64,000 nt of DNA from an uncultured Alphaproteobacteria bacterium (lineage in GTDB: Bacteria > Pseudomonadota > Alphaproteobacteria > Rhizobiales > Methyloligellaceae). The stretch is from assembly GCA_963717875.1 (NCBI GenBank), contig CAVQXI010000006.1, positions 85,892 through 149,891 of the forward strand, read 5' to 3'. The notes below the pieces were generated by a model, which saw nothing but the letters and a program-made list of their open reading frames with translations, did no database searches and had not been told where the DNA came from. Position numbers and translations under genes: made by a program. This document shows, piece after piece, positions 42,724 through 52,783 of the stretch (its first letter is position 1; the number at the start of each line of letters is the position of its first letter).

Positions 42724-43941
42724 TTAGCCGCCGCGCCGGAGCCGATTGAGCAGCGCGTGGCTGGGATAGCCGTCGGCGGGGAGCCCGTACTTGATCTGCA
42801 TTTGGCGGATCGCATCGCGGGTGGAAGCGCCGATCACGCCGTCGATCTTGCCCACGTCGAAGCCCTGCCGGGCAAGCAGCGCCTGCACCTGCTTCGTCTC
42901 CGCCGCGGTGAACGGCTCGGGATTGCCGCGATTGAGCGGCGGCGCCCCGCCAAGCCGCGTGGCGTAATAGGCCGCGGTCGTCGAATAGACGAGCGAGTTG
43001 TTCCAATCGAGATAGACGTTGATGAAGTTGGGATAGGCGAGGAACGCAGGGCCGTTGCGCCCCATAGGCAGCAGCAGCGACGTCGGCACGTTGTCGGCCG
43101 GCACGGCCCTGCCGTTCCGATATTTGACGCCGTAGCGCGACCAGAAGAGGCGCGGCCGCTGGATGGTCACGTCGGCCTGATCCCACGGCAGATTGTCCGG
43201 CACGATGACTTCTTCGAGCCAGGGCTGACCGGCCTGCCAGCCTTTGGACGAGATATAGTTCGCGGCCGAGGCGAGTGAGTCCGGCGCGCTGTGAACCAGA
43301 TCCCGGTGCCCGTCCCCGTCGAAGTCCACGGCATGTTCGTAATAGGTCTTCGGCTGGAACTGAAACTGACCGACCTCGCCATGCGCCGGACCGCGCATCT
43401 GCCCCGGCGAGAGATCGCCGCGGTCGATCACCTTCAATGCGTACATCAACTGTTCCCGGAACTCGTCGGGACGGCGGCAGTCATAGCTCAAGGTGGCGAG
43501 CGATTGGATGCTCGGCAAATTGCCCATCACCTTGCCGAAATCGGTCTCGAGCCCCCAATAGGCGACGAGCACAGGGCCCGGCACGCCATACTGCTGCTCG
43601 ATCCGTTTGAACACAGACGCGTATTTCCTGAGCAGCGATTTGCCGACCTGCATGCGATTGTTCGACACCATGCGCCCGGAGAACGTCAGAAAATCCTGGG
43701 CAAAGACGCCTTGGCGGCGGTCATGGGCAATGGCTGTCGGATAATAGGTGACGCCGTCGAGTGCCGCATGGACGGTGCGCGGGGAAACCCCTTCCTTGAT
43801 CGCCTGCTGCTTAAAGCCTTCCAGCCACTGGTTAAAACCGGCGGCGCTTGAACCACAGGCCGCTAAGGCGCTGGCAGCCGAACCGAACAGCACCGCCGCG
43901 CAGAGGCCAGCGCGCGCTGTCATGAGGATGACGCGTGTCAT
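42724..43941 (-). CDS. Lytic murein transglycosylase (MltB family) with C-terminal PG-binding domain
   Basis: WGLETDFG, LATLSYDCRR, GEVGQFQF, WNNSLVY, DGVIG..TRDAI; start uncertain. Confidence 0.92.
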   Translation of the reverse strand: MTRVILMTARAGLCAAVLFGSAASALAACGSSAAGFNQWLEGFKQQAIKEGVSPRTVHAALDGVTYYPTAIAHDRRQGVFAQDFLTFSGRMVSNNRMQVGKSLLRKYASVFKRIEQQYGVPGPVLVAYWGLETDFGKVMGNLPSIQSLATLSYDCRRPDEFREQLMYALKVIDRGDLSPGQMRGPAHGEVGQFQFQPKTYYEHAVDFDGDGHRDLVHSAPDSLASAANYISSKGWQAGQPWLEEVIVPDNLPWDQADVTIQRPRLFWSRYGVKYRNGRAVPADNVPTSLLLPMGRNGPAFLAYPNFINVYLDWNNSLVYSTTAAYYATRLGGAPPLNRGNPEPFTAAETKQVQALLARQGFDVGKIDGVIGASTRDAIRQMQIKYGLPADGYPSHALLNRLRRGG

Positions 43942-44019
43942 GGGGTGTCTAGCCATGCGCGCCACTGAACCCAGTCGCGGCGCGTCCGTCAAGCCAAGAG
44001 GCCGTCATCTGTTCGAGGC

Positions 44020-44493
44020 CTAGGGGTCACCTTTCTGATAGGTGCCCACGAGCTCGGCCTGGGCCAGGACGTGGCCTTTCACAGCGGCTTCGAGCTCGGC
44101 CTTGCTCAGAGGCTGCGCCGGAAGGGTGGTGTCGAGCGCATAGAGCTTATGGAAATAGCGGTGCCGGCCGATGGGCGGGCATGGCCCGCCATAGCCCGTC
44201 CGCTTCCAGTCATTGATCCCGGAGGTTGCGCCCGCGGGCACGCCCCGCCCCGCGCCCTCGGGTAGTGCATCTGTGTCCGGGGCGAGGTTGTAGAGAACCC
44301 AATGCACCCAGACGCGCTTCGGGGCTTTCGGATCCGGCACGTCGGGATCGTCCAGGACAAACGCCAAGCTCTTGGTGCCGTCGGGGACGCCGGCAATCGC
44401 AAGCGGCGGCGAGATGTCCTCGCCTTCGCACGTATACTTGGACGGAATCTTACCGCCGGACTCGAATGCGGAAGATGTTAGCGTGAGTGCCAT
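44020..44493 (-). CDS. YbhB/YbcL (PEBP / Raf kinase inhibitor-like) protein
   Basis: YTCEGEDISPPL, DDPD, WVHWVLYN, YGGPCPP.GRHRY; the start may be further upstream. Confidence 0.92.
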   Translation of the reverse strand: MALTLTSSAFESGGKIPSKYTCEGEDISPPLAIAGVPDGTKSLAFVLDDPDVPDPKAPKRVWVHWVLYNLAPDTDALPEGAGRGVPAGATSGINDWKRTGYGGPCPPIGRHRYFHKLYALDTTLPAQPLSKAELEAAVKGHVLAQAELVGTYQKGDP

Positions 44494-44622
44494 GGCAGTG
44501 CTGGACTCGGCAGCAACAAGAACATGAGCGGCGACCATAAAGGCCACGAACCGCAAAACACATCGCGTGCGGGCACCAACCATCAGCAAGTCTCGACCGC
44601 ACTCAAGACGGCGCGGCAGCCG

Positions 44623-44859
44623 CTAGTCCGTATGAGGCGGCAGTTCCCCAAGCCTCGCTTTCTCCATCAGCACATTGATGCGCCGTGAAGCCTCGCGCTT
44701 GCTCAGGCCCTGCTGATAGGCCCCTGGCTCATGCACCTCTTCCGCTAGCGATTTGAGGTAGGAGGCCTGCGCCCCGGTCATCGGTTCTGCGCCAGGAGAC
44801 TCTCCCGGCGCCAATTGCTGACTCTCCTGGTACGCAGGAGCCTTCTTCTTCTGATGCAT
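44623..44859 (-). CDS. DUF3072 domain protein
   Basis: EPMTGAQASYLKSLAEE..EP......LSKREASRRI. Confidence 0.8.
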   Translation of the reverse strand: MHQKKKAPAYQESQQLAPGESPGAEPMTGAQASYLKSLAEEVHEPGAYQQGLSKREASRRINVLMEKARLGELPPHTD

Positions 44860-45021
44860 CGCGGTTAGTCCTAAACCGTCCTTGGTGTTTCCCTTTGGGC
44901 GTCTTTTATAGACTCAAAGTCTTACAGTAAGCGTTGAAAAGGGCAAGGATTAGGCGTCGTTCGACAAAGGTTTAGGCACGACTAACTAATCGCCCAGAGA
45001 TGAGGCGGCAGTCGAAAGCCG
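44860..45021 (-). promoter_or_regulatory. Structured 5' leader of the DUF3072 gene (candidate cis-regulatory RNA)
   Basis: Five nested complementary segments across 44864-44986; the basal stem covers the AGGA Shine-Dalgarno (44869-72). Confidence 0.55.
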
Positions 45022-45055
45022 TGAACCACAATAGCCCCGCGCGCCCCAACGGCGA

Positions 45056-45091
45056 TTGATTCAGCGCAATCGCCGCCAATGGTGCACCGCA
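45056..45091 (-). promoter_or_regulatory. FNR/FixK box plus adjacent PhaR-like box
   Basis: TTGATTCAGCGCAA at 45056-69 with -10 TATTGT at 45028-33 (minus); TGCGGTGCACCA at 45080-91 (minus). Confidence 0.55.
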
Positions 45092-45347
45092 AGAGCGCGG
45101 CGCCGCTTTCAACTCCCGCGACGTGGTGAAGCACGCGACAATCTGCCATTCATTAACACATTGTAAAAACTAACAAAAGCGGCGCGGAATGCCCCGAAAT
45201 GGCCTCTCAATAAACGTGGGCCAGCCGATCTTTTGCCCCTTTGTTCGCGTGTTTATTGCACTGCACCAACGCGTGCCGACCGACTCGATTCGTCGTCGGT
45301 CCCTCAAAAAAACCTCCCAAACAAATAGGAAGTAAGGAGCACAACGC

Positions 45348-45749
45348 ATGGTCAAAGTGCGAGCCAAGATGATTACGGTGGGGCTTCTGGGCGCCGCTAT
45401 TCTGATGTTGCCTCTAAACGCCGCTATGGCGGACCAGGTCGGCCACGCCTCCTGGTATGCCCTATCGTCCAAGACTGCGAGCGGGGAACGGATGAACCCG
45501 AACGAACTGACCGCGGCACACCGCTCGCTGCCTTTCGGCACGAAGGTTCTGGTGGAGAATCTCAACAACGGCCGCTCGGTGGTCGTGCGAATCAATGACC
45601 GCGGCCCGTTCGTCGGCGGCCGCATCATCGACGTATCGAAGGCCGCAGCCGCGCAGATCGGCATGATCGGCTCCGGGACCGCCAAAGTGCGGATCACCCC
45701 GATTGGCGGCGGCGCCCTCGGCGCCCTCGGCAAGACCAAGGCGAGGTAG
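45348..45749 (+). CDS. rlpA: RlpA-like septal ring lytic transglycosylase (DPBB domain)
   Basis: [35 protein letters not shown]. Confidence 0.92.
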   Translation: MVKVRAKMITVGLLGAAILMLPLNAAMADQVGHASWYALSSKTASGERMNPNELTAAHRSLPFGTKVLVENLNNGRSVVVRINDRGPFVGGRIIDVSKAAAAQIGMIGSGTAKVRITPIGGGALGALGKTKAR

Positions 45750-46143
45750 GCTGCCATCACGAGGCCATGCGTGCGGGATCACCGCGCTGCGCGCCTTACA
45801 CACAAGCCTTTGAAAATATAGGGTCTTCTAGCGCCTACGCGGCGCTGACCCGAAACGCCAGAAACGCCGGGCCCAGAGCCCGGCGTTTTGCATTCCGGCT
45901 CTCGCCTCGAGTACGGCCCGGCAAAAATCGGCCTCAGCGCCGGCTCGAAAAGCCGCCGGCGCCTTGCAGAACTTTGGCGACCGTTGCACGCATGCGCTAG
46001 GCAGCGACCCCGAAAGGCTGCATAGTCGTGACATTGGTGCCTTGAGGAGCCAGGTCCCACGCGGGCGTGGTGATACATTAGTAACCAATAAAGCTCAAGA
46101 TTCGCAGGGGCTTAGAAAGGCCCCTAACCGGAGTCGACCTAGG

Positions 46144-46446
46144 ATGTCTTCCTTCCCCGCTCGCTGCAAAGCCCTCATGCTGGCGGCGCTGCTTGTCGCC
46201 ACATCTGTGGTGCTGGTGTCGTTCGAAAGCGCCGCGCAGCAGCCATCCCCCGGCAATGGCTCCGGCGGGCCCGTCTTTAATCCGCCCCATAGCGGGCCGG
46301 CGATCGGCGGCACGTCGCTGACGCTGGGGTACATCTGGGGCCCGGCAAAGATGCCTCCCCCGGCCAACGATTTCGGGCCGGGTTTCGACTATCCGGGGAC
46401 GTACAAACTGGACGGTGCCCCGAACCACTCGCCCTACCCCAATTAG
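46144..46446 (+). CDS. Secreted Pro/Gly-rich hypothetical protein
   Basis: Signal peptide followed by a low-complexity Pro/Gly/aromatic mature region. Confidence 0.55.
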   Translation: MSSFPARCKALMLAALLVATSVVLVSFESAAQQPSPGNGSGGPVFNPPHSGPAIGGTSLTLGYIWGPAKMPPPANDFGPGFDYPGTYKLDGAPNHSPYPN

Positions 46447-46686
46447 GGACGCGGAGCGAGGCGGATTGACTCGTCCCCGGCACGCTCGCGTGGCGGGTAG
46501 ATGGGTCTTGCACAAAATAGCCTCGCGCCCCTAGAGTGAAGCGCTTTGCGGGCAGACTGCGAACCCGGGTGGAGACTGGCCGCGCACGCTCCTTGGGAAG
46601 CGGCGTGGTTCTTTTCCCGTTTCCTAGACTTGCCTGATCTTCCGTGCGTGTTGCACGGACCATTTGGAGGGGGAAAGGAGCTTCCC

Positions 46687-46902
46687 ATGCGTCAGACCGG
46701 AACGGTCAAGTTCTTCAATCATTCTCGGGGGTTCGGCTTTATCACGCCGGACGATGGCGGCAAGGACGTGTTTCTACACATCTCCGCATTACAGAAGTCC
46801 GGCTTGCCGGCGCTCGACGAGGGAGCGCGTGTCTCATTCGAGACCGAACCAGACCGTCGGGGCAAAGGTCCCCAAGCCATCAACGTGCAGCTCGGCGAAT
46901 AG
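46687..46902 (+). CDS. cspA: Cold-shock protein
   Basis: [25 protein letters not shown]; AAGGAG RBS; long 5' region typical of csp genes. Confidence 0.95.
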   Translation: MRQTGTVKFFNHSRGFGFITPDDGGKDVFLHISALQKSGLPALDEGARVSFETEPDRRGKGPQAINVQLGE

Positions 46903-47041
46903 ATCATCCACACAATCGAAGATTTTCCCCCCGCTGCGATAGTGGCGTCGTTTGACCCTGCTATCGTCAGCGGGTTTTTTCGTGAGCGGCGGTAAAGGGC
47001 AAGGCCAGAAACGTTAGGCTGTAACCGTGGAGGCATCGCGT

Positions 47042-48454
47042 ATGTCGGGACGCACGCTCGAAAGCGTGCTTGATCGTCTTGCCGAAGGGCGTGCGGCAGC
47101 GCTCGAACGGCTGTTCCAGTTCCTCGCCATACCGAGCATCTCGACCGATCCCATACATCACGAGTCGTGCCTTCAAGCTGCGGAATGGTGCGCCGACACG
47201 TTGCGCGAGATCGGCTTCACCGCGCGCGTCGAACCCACGGGCGGCAAGCCCATGGTCGTCGCCCATTGGCGTGGCTCAGATACCGGATCGCGTCCCCACG
47301 TTCTGTTCTACGGTCACTACGACGTGCAGCCGCCAGACCCGCTGGAGGCGTGGACCGCATCTCCCTTCGAAGCGCAACTCGTCGAGGACGCACAACACGG
47401 CCAGGTCATCGTCGCGCGCGGCGCGTCAGACGACAAAGGCCAGGTCATGACGTTCTTCGAAGCGTGCCGCGCCTGGCAAGCCGCCCACGGCGCCCTGCCC
47501 GTCGACGTCACCGTCCTGCTCGAAGGCGAGGAGGAATCCGGAAGCCCGAGCCTTGCGCCTTTTCTTGCCGCGCACGGCGACGAGGTGAAGGCGGACATTG
47601 CGCTCGTCTGCGATACGAGCCAATGGGACCCGGAAACCCCCGCGATCACCGCTTTCTTGCGCGGTCTCGCCTTCTCGGAGATCACCGTCACCGGCCCCTC
47701 GCGCGATCTGCATTCCGGGCTCTATGGCGGGCCCGCGCGTAATCCCATTCGCGTTCTCGCCGAGATCATCGCCGGCTTACACGACGAAGACGGCCGCGTG
47801 ACGATTCCCGGCTTCTACGACGACGTCCGCGAGCCGTCCGCTGCACAACGTGCGGCGTGGCGCACGCTCGGCTTCGACACCACGAACTTTCTCGGCGAAG
47901 TGGGCCTGAGCGCGCCGGCCGGCGAGACGGACAGAAGCGTGCTTGAGCAGCTCTGGACGCGCCCGACGGTGGAGGTCAACGGCATCATCGGCGGTTATAC
48001 GGGACCCGGCACCAAGACGGTGATCCCCTCGCAGGCCAGCGCCAAGCTGTCCTTCCGCCTCGTTCCCGACCAGGACCCGGAAAAGCTTCTCGATGGCCTG
48101 CACCGCTTCATCGCCGATCGTCTCCCGGCTGATGCAAGCGTGACTTACAACGGTGAAGGCGGATCGCCAGCCGTCGGTTTCGACACCGAGTCGCCCGCCT
48201 TTCGCGCCGCCGCCCGCGCATTGCAAGCGGAATGGGGTAAGGCGCCGGTGATCGCCGGCTGCGGCGCTTCCATTCCCATCGTGGAGTCGTTCCGCACACG
48301 GCTCGGCATGGACGCGCTTCTCGTCGGCTTCGCGCTCGATGACGACCGTATCCATGCGCCGAATGAGAAGTACAACCTCACGAGCTTCGAGAAAGGCGCA
48401 CGCAGCTGGGCGCGCATTCTCGCTGAGCTCGCAGACACGAATGCCGAAACGTAG
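47042..48454 (+). CDS. M20-family metallo-dipeptidase
   Basis: YGHYDVQP, ARGASDDKG, EGEEESGS, DLHSG, HAPNEK. Confidence 0.93.
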   Translation: MSGRTLESVLDRLAEGRAAALERLFQFLAIPSISTDPIHHESCLQAAEWCADTLREIGFTARVEPTGGKPMVVAHWRGSDTGSRPHVLFYGHYDVQPPDPLEAWTASPFEAQLVEDAQHGQVIVARGASDDKGQVMTFFEACRAWQAAHGALPVDVTVLLEGEEESGSPSLAPFLAAHGDEVKADIALVCDTSQWDPETPAITAFLRGLAFSEITVTGPSRDLHSGLYGGPARNPIRVLAEIIAGLHDEDGRVTIPGFYDDVREPSAAQRAAWRTLGFDTTNFLGEVGLSAPAGETDRSVLEQLWTRPTVEVNGIIGGYTGPGTKTVIPSQASAKLSFRLVPDQDPEKLLDGLHRFIADRLPADASVTYNGEGGSPAVGFDTESPAFRAAARALQAEWGKAPVIAGCGASIPIVESFRTRLGMDALLVGFALDDDRIHAPNEKYNLTSFEKGARSWARILAELADTNAET

Positions 48455-49127
48455 CCGCATCGTCGCGGCTATCGCCTTGTGCGCCGCGCTGGTCTTCGCA
48501 GGCCATGCGGCCGCTTACGACGATACGCCCCAAGTGGTCCATCACGCGGAACCGGGCCACTTCGACTATTACGTTCTCGTTCTTGGCTGGTCGCCGACCT
48601 ATTGCCTCATAGAGGGAGACCACCGCGACGATCCGCAATGCGACACGGCGCGGTCACACGATTTCGTGCTGCATGGGCTCTGGCCGCAATACGCCGAAGG
48701 ATGGCCCTTGGATTGCTATGACGGCGCGCGGCCGTGGGTGCCGTCGCAGGTGATCGGCGAGATGCGCGACATCATGCCGAGCAAGGCGCTCGTCATTCAT
48801 GAGTACAAGACCCACGGGACTTGCACCGGCCTCACCCCGGAGAAGTACTACGACGACGCCCGCGATCTCTACGACCGGGTGAGCGTGCCGGCCGCGTTCG
48901 ATGACCCACAGACCCAACGCTTCCTCTCGCCCGAGAAGATCGAAACCGAGTTTCTCGCCGCCAATGCCTGGCTTCAACCTGACATGATTGCGGTGACCTG
49001 CCGGCGCAGAAACTTGTTCGACGTCAGGATCTGCTTCAGCCGCGACCTTCGCCCGCAAGCCTGCGGCGCGAACGAAGAGCAAAAGCGGCTCTGTCCGCTT
49101 GCGCGGATTACCGTGCCGGCACCTTAG
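48441..49127 (+). CDS. Ribonuclease T2 family, secreted
   Basis: FDYYVLVLGWSP..C, HGLWPQ, HEYKTHGTC. Confidence 0.92.
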   Translation: MPKRSRIVAAIALCAALVFAGHAAAYDDTPQVVHHAEPGHFDYYVLVLGWSPTYCLIEGDHRDDPQCDTARSHDFVLHGLWPQYAEGWPLDCYDGARPWVPSQVIGEMRDIMPSKALVIHEYKTHGTCTGLTPEKYYDDARDLYDRVSVPAAFDDPQTQRFLSPEKIETEFLAANAWLQPDMIAVTCRRRNLFDVRICFSRDLRPQACGANEEQKRLCPLARITVPAP

Positions 49128-49798
49128 AAGTGATAGATCACCGAACCGCGGAACGTGTTCGCGTCCGGGTCGAACTTCTCCTTGCCGCCGGGATAGGAGA
49201 CTGTCTCGGAATCGAAATCGGTGAACTGGTAGTCGAAGCGGGCGCTCCACTTCGGATTGAGCGCCACCTCGGCGCCGCCGCCGACGCTCCAGCCGAAGAA
49301 CGTCGCCTCGTCGAAGCCGCCGCCCGGACCGCTGATGGGCAGATCGGCATTGGCCCAGGCGCCGCCGAACGTGCCGAACAGAAGCACGTTCTCCTTGATG
49401 GCGTAGCCCGCACGCAAGCGCAGATCCGCCATCGTATCGATGCCGGGGCTTACCTTGTTGAGGCCGCCATTGTATTTGCTGCTGCCATCGATGTCGGTCG
49501 CCATGAAGTCGCCTTCGATACCAACCACGAAGGGGCCGTGCTGCCAGCTATAGCCGCCGATGACGCCGCCAAGCACGCCGCTCGTGGACACGTCTGGCGC
49601 CGGCGAGACATCGTAGCTCACCGAGGCACCACCGATCGTGCCGCCGAGATACCAGCCTTCGAACACATCTTGGGACGGGACGACGGGCGTCGCGTCGTAC
49701 GGCGCATAGAGGTCGGCACTGAACGCTGGGCTTGAGACCGTGGCGCCGGCCGTTAACACGGCAGCAACAGCCACAACCTGGTGCAATCGCGTACGCAT
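49124..49798 (-). CDS. Omp25/Omp31-type outer-membrane beta-barrel protein
   Basis: Signal peptide; GWYLG..GG, GYSWQ.G.FVVGIEGD, RLRAGYA, GWSVGGGAE; terminal Phe. Confidence 0.88.
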   Translation of the reverse strand: MRTRLHQVVAVAAVLTAGATVSSPAFSADLYAPYDATPVVPSQDVFEGWYLGGTIGGASVSYDVSPAPDVSTSGVLGGVIGGYSWQHGPFVVGIEGDFMATDIDGSSKYNGGLNKVSPGIDTMADLRLRAGYAIKENVLLFGTFGGAWANADLPISGPGGGFDEATFFGWSVGGGAEVALNPKWSARFDYQFTDFDSETVSYPGGKEKFDPDANTFRGSVIYHF

Positions 49799-49983
49799 AC
49801 AGACTCCCTCACGATTGGAGGCTCGGTCCGTCCGCCGCGCAGCACGAAAAGCATGCTGGACCAAGCGCCACGGTCCCAGGGTAGTGCCCCACCCTTACTG
49901 ACTGTTAACGACGAACCGGGGCGAAACTGGGCAGGGTAAGCGGCGGGTTAATGGCCATCCCAAGGCGGGACGCGAGGCTAGGC

Positions 49984-50665
49984 TCAGCTGGCGCGAAACA
50001 GCGCGACGCAGCCTTGGCTCTCGATCTTCACGGTCGCAAAGCGTTGCCGGAGGCCTTCGCTCAAGCCCTCGAGATCGTCGGCGCGGTTATTGAACACGCC
50101 CTTCGCGTTGTAGAGCTCGAGCAGCGCCCGCGCCGCGACGTTCGCCGCCACGCCACGTCCGAGAATGGTCGCGCCGAACAGCACAGCGCCTTCCGCCATC
50201 AGCGGCTTCAGATGATCGATCGCGATGAGCTTCTCGCTCATGCTGCCGGGCAGGCAGTGCAGCACATAGGTCAGGCCCACCGAGTTGACCGGCGCCGGGC
50301 CCGGCTCGATCGGGGCGAGCAGATTCGCCTGGCGGATGGTGGGCCGGAAGCGGGCGAGCCGCCGCGCTAGCGCGGCGGAGGCAATGCTCATTGATGTCGA
50401 GCAGGACGAGCCGGTCGAAGTCGGTGCCGGCCCGGTCGATGAACAGGCCTGTGCCGGCTCCCGCCTCCAGATGATTGGCCGAGAGATTGGTCTCGTAAAG
50501 GCCCACCAGCCGGGATGTGGGGCACCGCCAGGCCAACCGGTTGGACAGCCCATGCACCACGAGGTCGTAGAAGGCGAGGGCTGAGGGCGTATAGACCGCA
50601 TGCGCCCGCGCGATCGCGTGCGCGTCAACCGGTTCAGCGCCCATCTGTCGAGACGTCCTGGCCAT
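49984..50665 (-). CDS. Class I SAM-dependent methyltransferase, +1 frameshift near 50368
   Basis: YD..VHG.SN..AWRCP, HLEAGAGTG, LLDIN, then YVLHCLPG, LFGATILG, YN.KGVFNN. Confidence 0.82.
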
Positions 50666-50695
50666 GGCGCCTGCATATGCCATCGGACCGGCACC

Positions 50696-50725
50696 AAAAA
50701 AAGGGCGCCGAAACGGCGCCCTTTT
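50696..50725. terminator. Bidirectional Rho-independent terminator
   Basis: AAAAAAAGGGCGCCG-AAA-CGGCGCCCTTTT. Confidence 0.8.
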
Positions 50726-50759
50726 AGGTGGGAAGTGCTTTTGGGGAAGTTATTAAGCT

Positions 50760-51481
50760 CTAGAACGAGGCCGAAACCGTTCCCACGACCCGCGCATCGC
50801 AGTTGTCGGTGGAACCGCCACAAGCGGCAGCGCTCAGATCGCTATCCCAGTAGCGAATGTCCGCGGACCAGTTGTCCAGGAAGCCGAGGGTCAGGCCGGC
50901 ATTCCAGTAGGTGTAGTCGGTGCCGCCGCTGTCGGCCCATTGCGAGCCGACCAAGCCACTGACGCTCGGCGAGAAGAAGTTGAACAGCTTGTTGGCGAAG
51001 GCGTACTCACCCGACCACTCGAGCACGTCGTACGTCGCCATCGACGCCCCAGTAGTTGGTGACACCGAGGGTCAGCTGCCTCGAAGAAGGTGTAGGACGC
51101 GCCGGTCTTCAGCTCGAACAGGTCGAGACCGTCTGCCCCCGGATAGGTGTACTCGAGACCGCCGATATCGAAGCTGATGCCCTTCCACGTCGGCGCGATA
51201 CCGCCGTAGTAGTCGATCTCAAGGCTGTTGGCGAAATCGACATTCGAACCCCACATGCCGAGATAGAAGATGCCGTAGGTCGCATCGAATTCTGCCTGCG
51301 CGGCCGGGTTCTGATTGGTCTGTGAGATACCGCGGAACACATAGTCCGTGGTGAAGGTGGCAGTCGCCGACAGATTGAGCTTTTTGTCGTCCTGTGCCTG
51401 TGCCGGAAGAGCCGTCCCTGCGATGAGGGCCGCGCTCAAAATTCCAAGTGCTAACGTCCCCGCTTCCTTGCGCCGAGCCAT
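50760..51481 (-). CDS. TorF-family (TIGR02001-like) putative porin, two +1 frameshifts near 51079 and 51033
   Basis: TDYVFRGISQT, G.WGSNVDF, EIDYYGG, YTYPG, Y.YWNAG, DIRYWDSD; terminal Phe. Confidence 0.82.
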
Positions 51482-51937
51482 TGTCCAGTCTCCTGCTTTT
51501 TTTCGCCTGTCCCTGCGAGTATGATTTCGTTGTTCAGGAAGCCGCCCCCGATGCGTGCTCGCGGTGCAACGTCCCCCGTGGCCTTGACAATAATCAGGGG
51601 CCCCCTTGAAGCAACGAAAAAGCAAGGGTTTTTGAAAACAACTGGGCCAGTGTGACTATTCTGCAATGGTCCAAGCGCTTTGACGCCACATTGGGCTCGA
51701 CGCGATCCTCGCGCTGCACAAATACTCAATCAAACTGCACAGAAGACAGGCAAATGCCCAAAGTGGCGGCGGAGCTCAATCCGCGCGCCGAATTCAGGGG
51801 TTGGCACCACGACCTCTCACCAGGTCTGCGGTCGCGCCCGCTACGCCTTGTCGGGACTCAAGCCCTCCCCTAGAGTGCGTTTTCGCCACCGCGAAACGCT
51901 TGACTTTTCGAATTCGCCCCCTTCCCACAAGGCAAAC

Positions 51938-52705
51938 ATGGCTGAGGACGACACTGCCGCGACCGTGCTCGTGACCGGCGCAGGCCGCCGGCTCGGCCGG
52001 GCCATCGCCCTCGACTTGGCCCAAAGCGGTTGGCGCGTCGGGGTCCACTACCACGCCTCCGCCGCGGAAGCCTTGGGCGTCGTCCACGAGATCGAGGCCA
52101 TGGGCGGTCACGCGGCGGCGCTTCAGGCCAATCTTTCCAAGCTCGAGGATCTTGCGCCTTTGGTCGAGGCGTGCGGCGCGCAGCTCGGCGCGCCCACCTG
52201 CCTCATCAACAATGCCGCCTGTTTTGAGTGGGATTCGGTGGATTCCCTCGATGCCGAGACCTGGGCGATGCATCTCGACGTCAATCTGCGCGCGCCCGTG
52301 TTCCTGACCCAGGCCTTCGCCAAGCGTCTGCCCGAGGGCGCCTCGGCCAATGTCATCAACGTCATCGACCAGAAAGTGTGGCGCCTCGACCCCGACTATT
52401 TCTCCTACACGATCGCCAAATCGGCCCTATGGACCGCCACCCAGACCCTCGCCCAGGCCTTAGCGCCGCAAATCAGGGTCAACGCCATCGCCCCGGGACC
52501 GGTGTTGCCGGCTCGCGACCAGACCGAGGCCGAGTTTGCCGAGGAGTGCCGCTCGACACTTCTGAAGCGCGTGGTCTCGACCGATGACGTCACGGGCGCG
52601 GTGCGATTCCTGCTCGAGACGCCGTCTATCACCGGCCAGATGATCGCGCTGGACGGGGGCCAGCATCTGGCTTGGAGCCCCACTTGGCCGCGCCGCGGCC
52701 CTTGA
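51938..52705 (+). CDS. SDR oxidoreductase (pteridine reductase-like)
   Basis: TGAGRRLG, INNA, YTIAK (YxxxK), RVNAIAPG, TGQMIALDGG. Confidence 0.9.
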   Translation: MAEDDTAATVLVTGAGRRLGRAIALDLAQSGWRVGVHYHASAAEALGVVHEIEAMGGHAAALQANLSKLEDLAPLVEACGAQLGAPTCLINNAACFEWDSVDSLDAETWAMHLDVNLRAPVFLTQAFAKRLPEGASANVINVIDQKVWRLDPDYFSYTIAKSALWTATQTLAQALAPQIRVNAIAPGPVLPARDQTEAEFAEECRSTLLKRVVSTDDVTGAVRFLLETPSITGQMIALDGGQHLAWSPTWPRRGP

Positions 52706-52783
52706 ACGCCGCCGCCCTTAGACCTTACCTTCGCTTGAGGTGGCGCATGGCCCTTCGGCAGCGCGCCAAAGCCCCATGATCCC

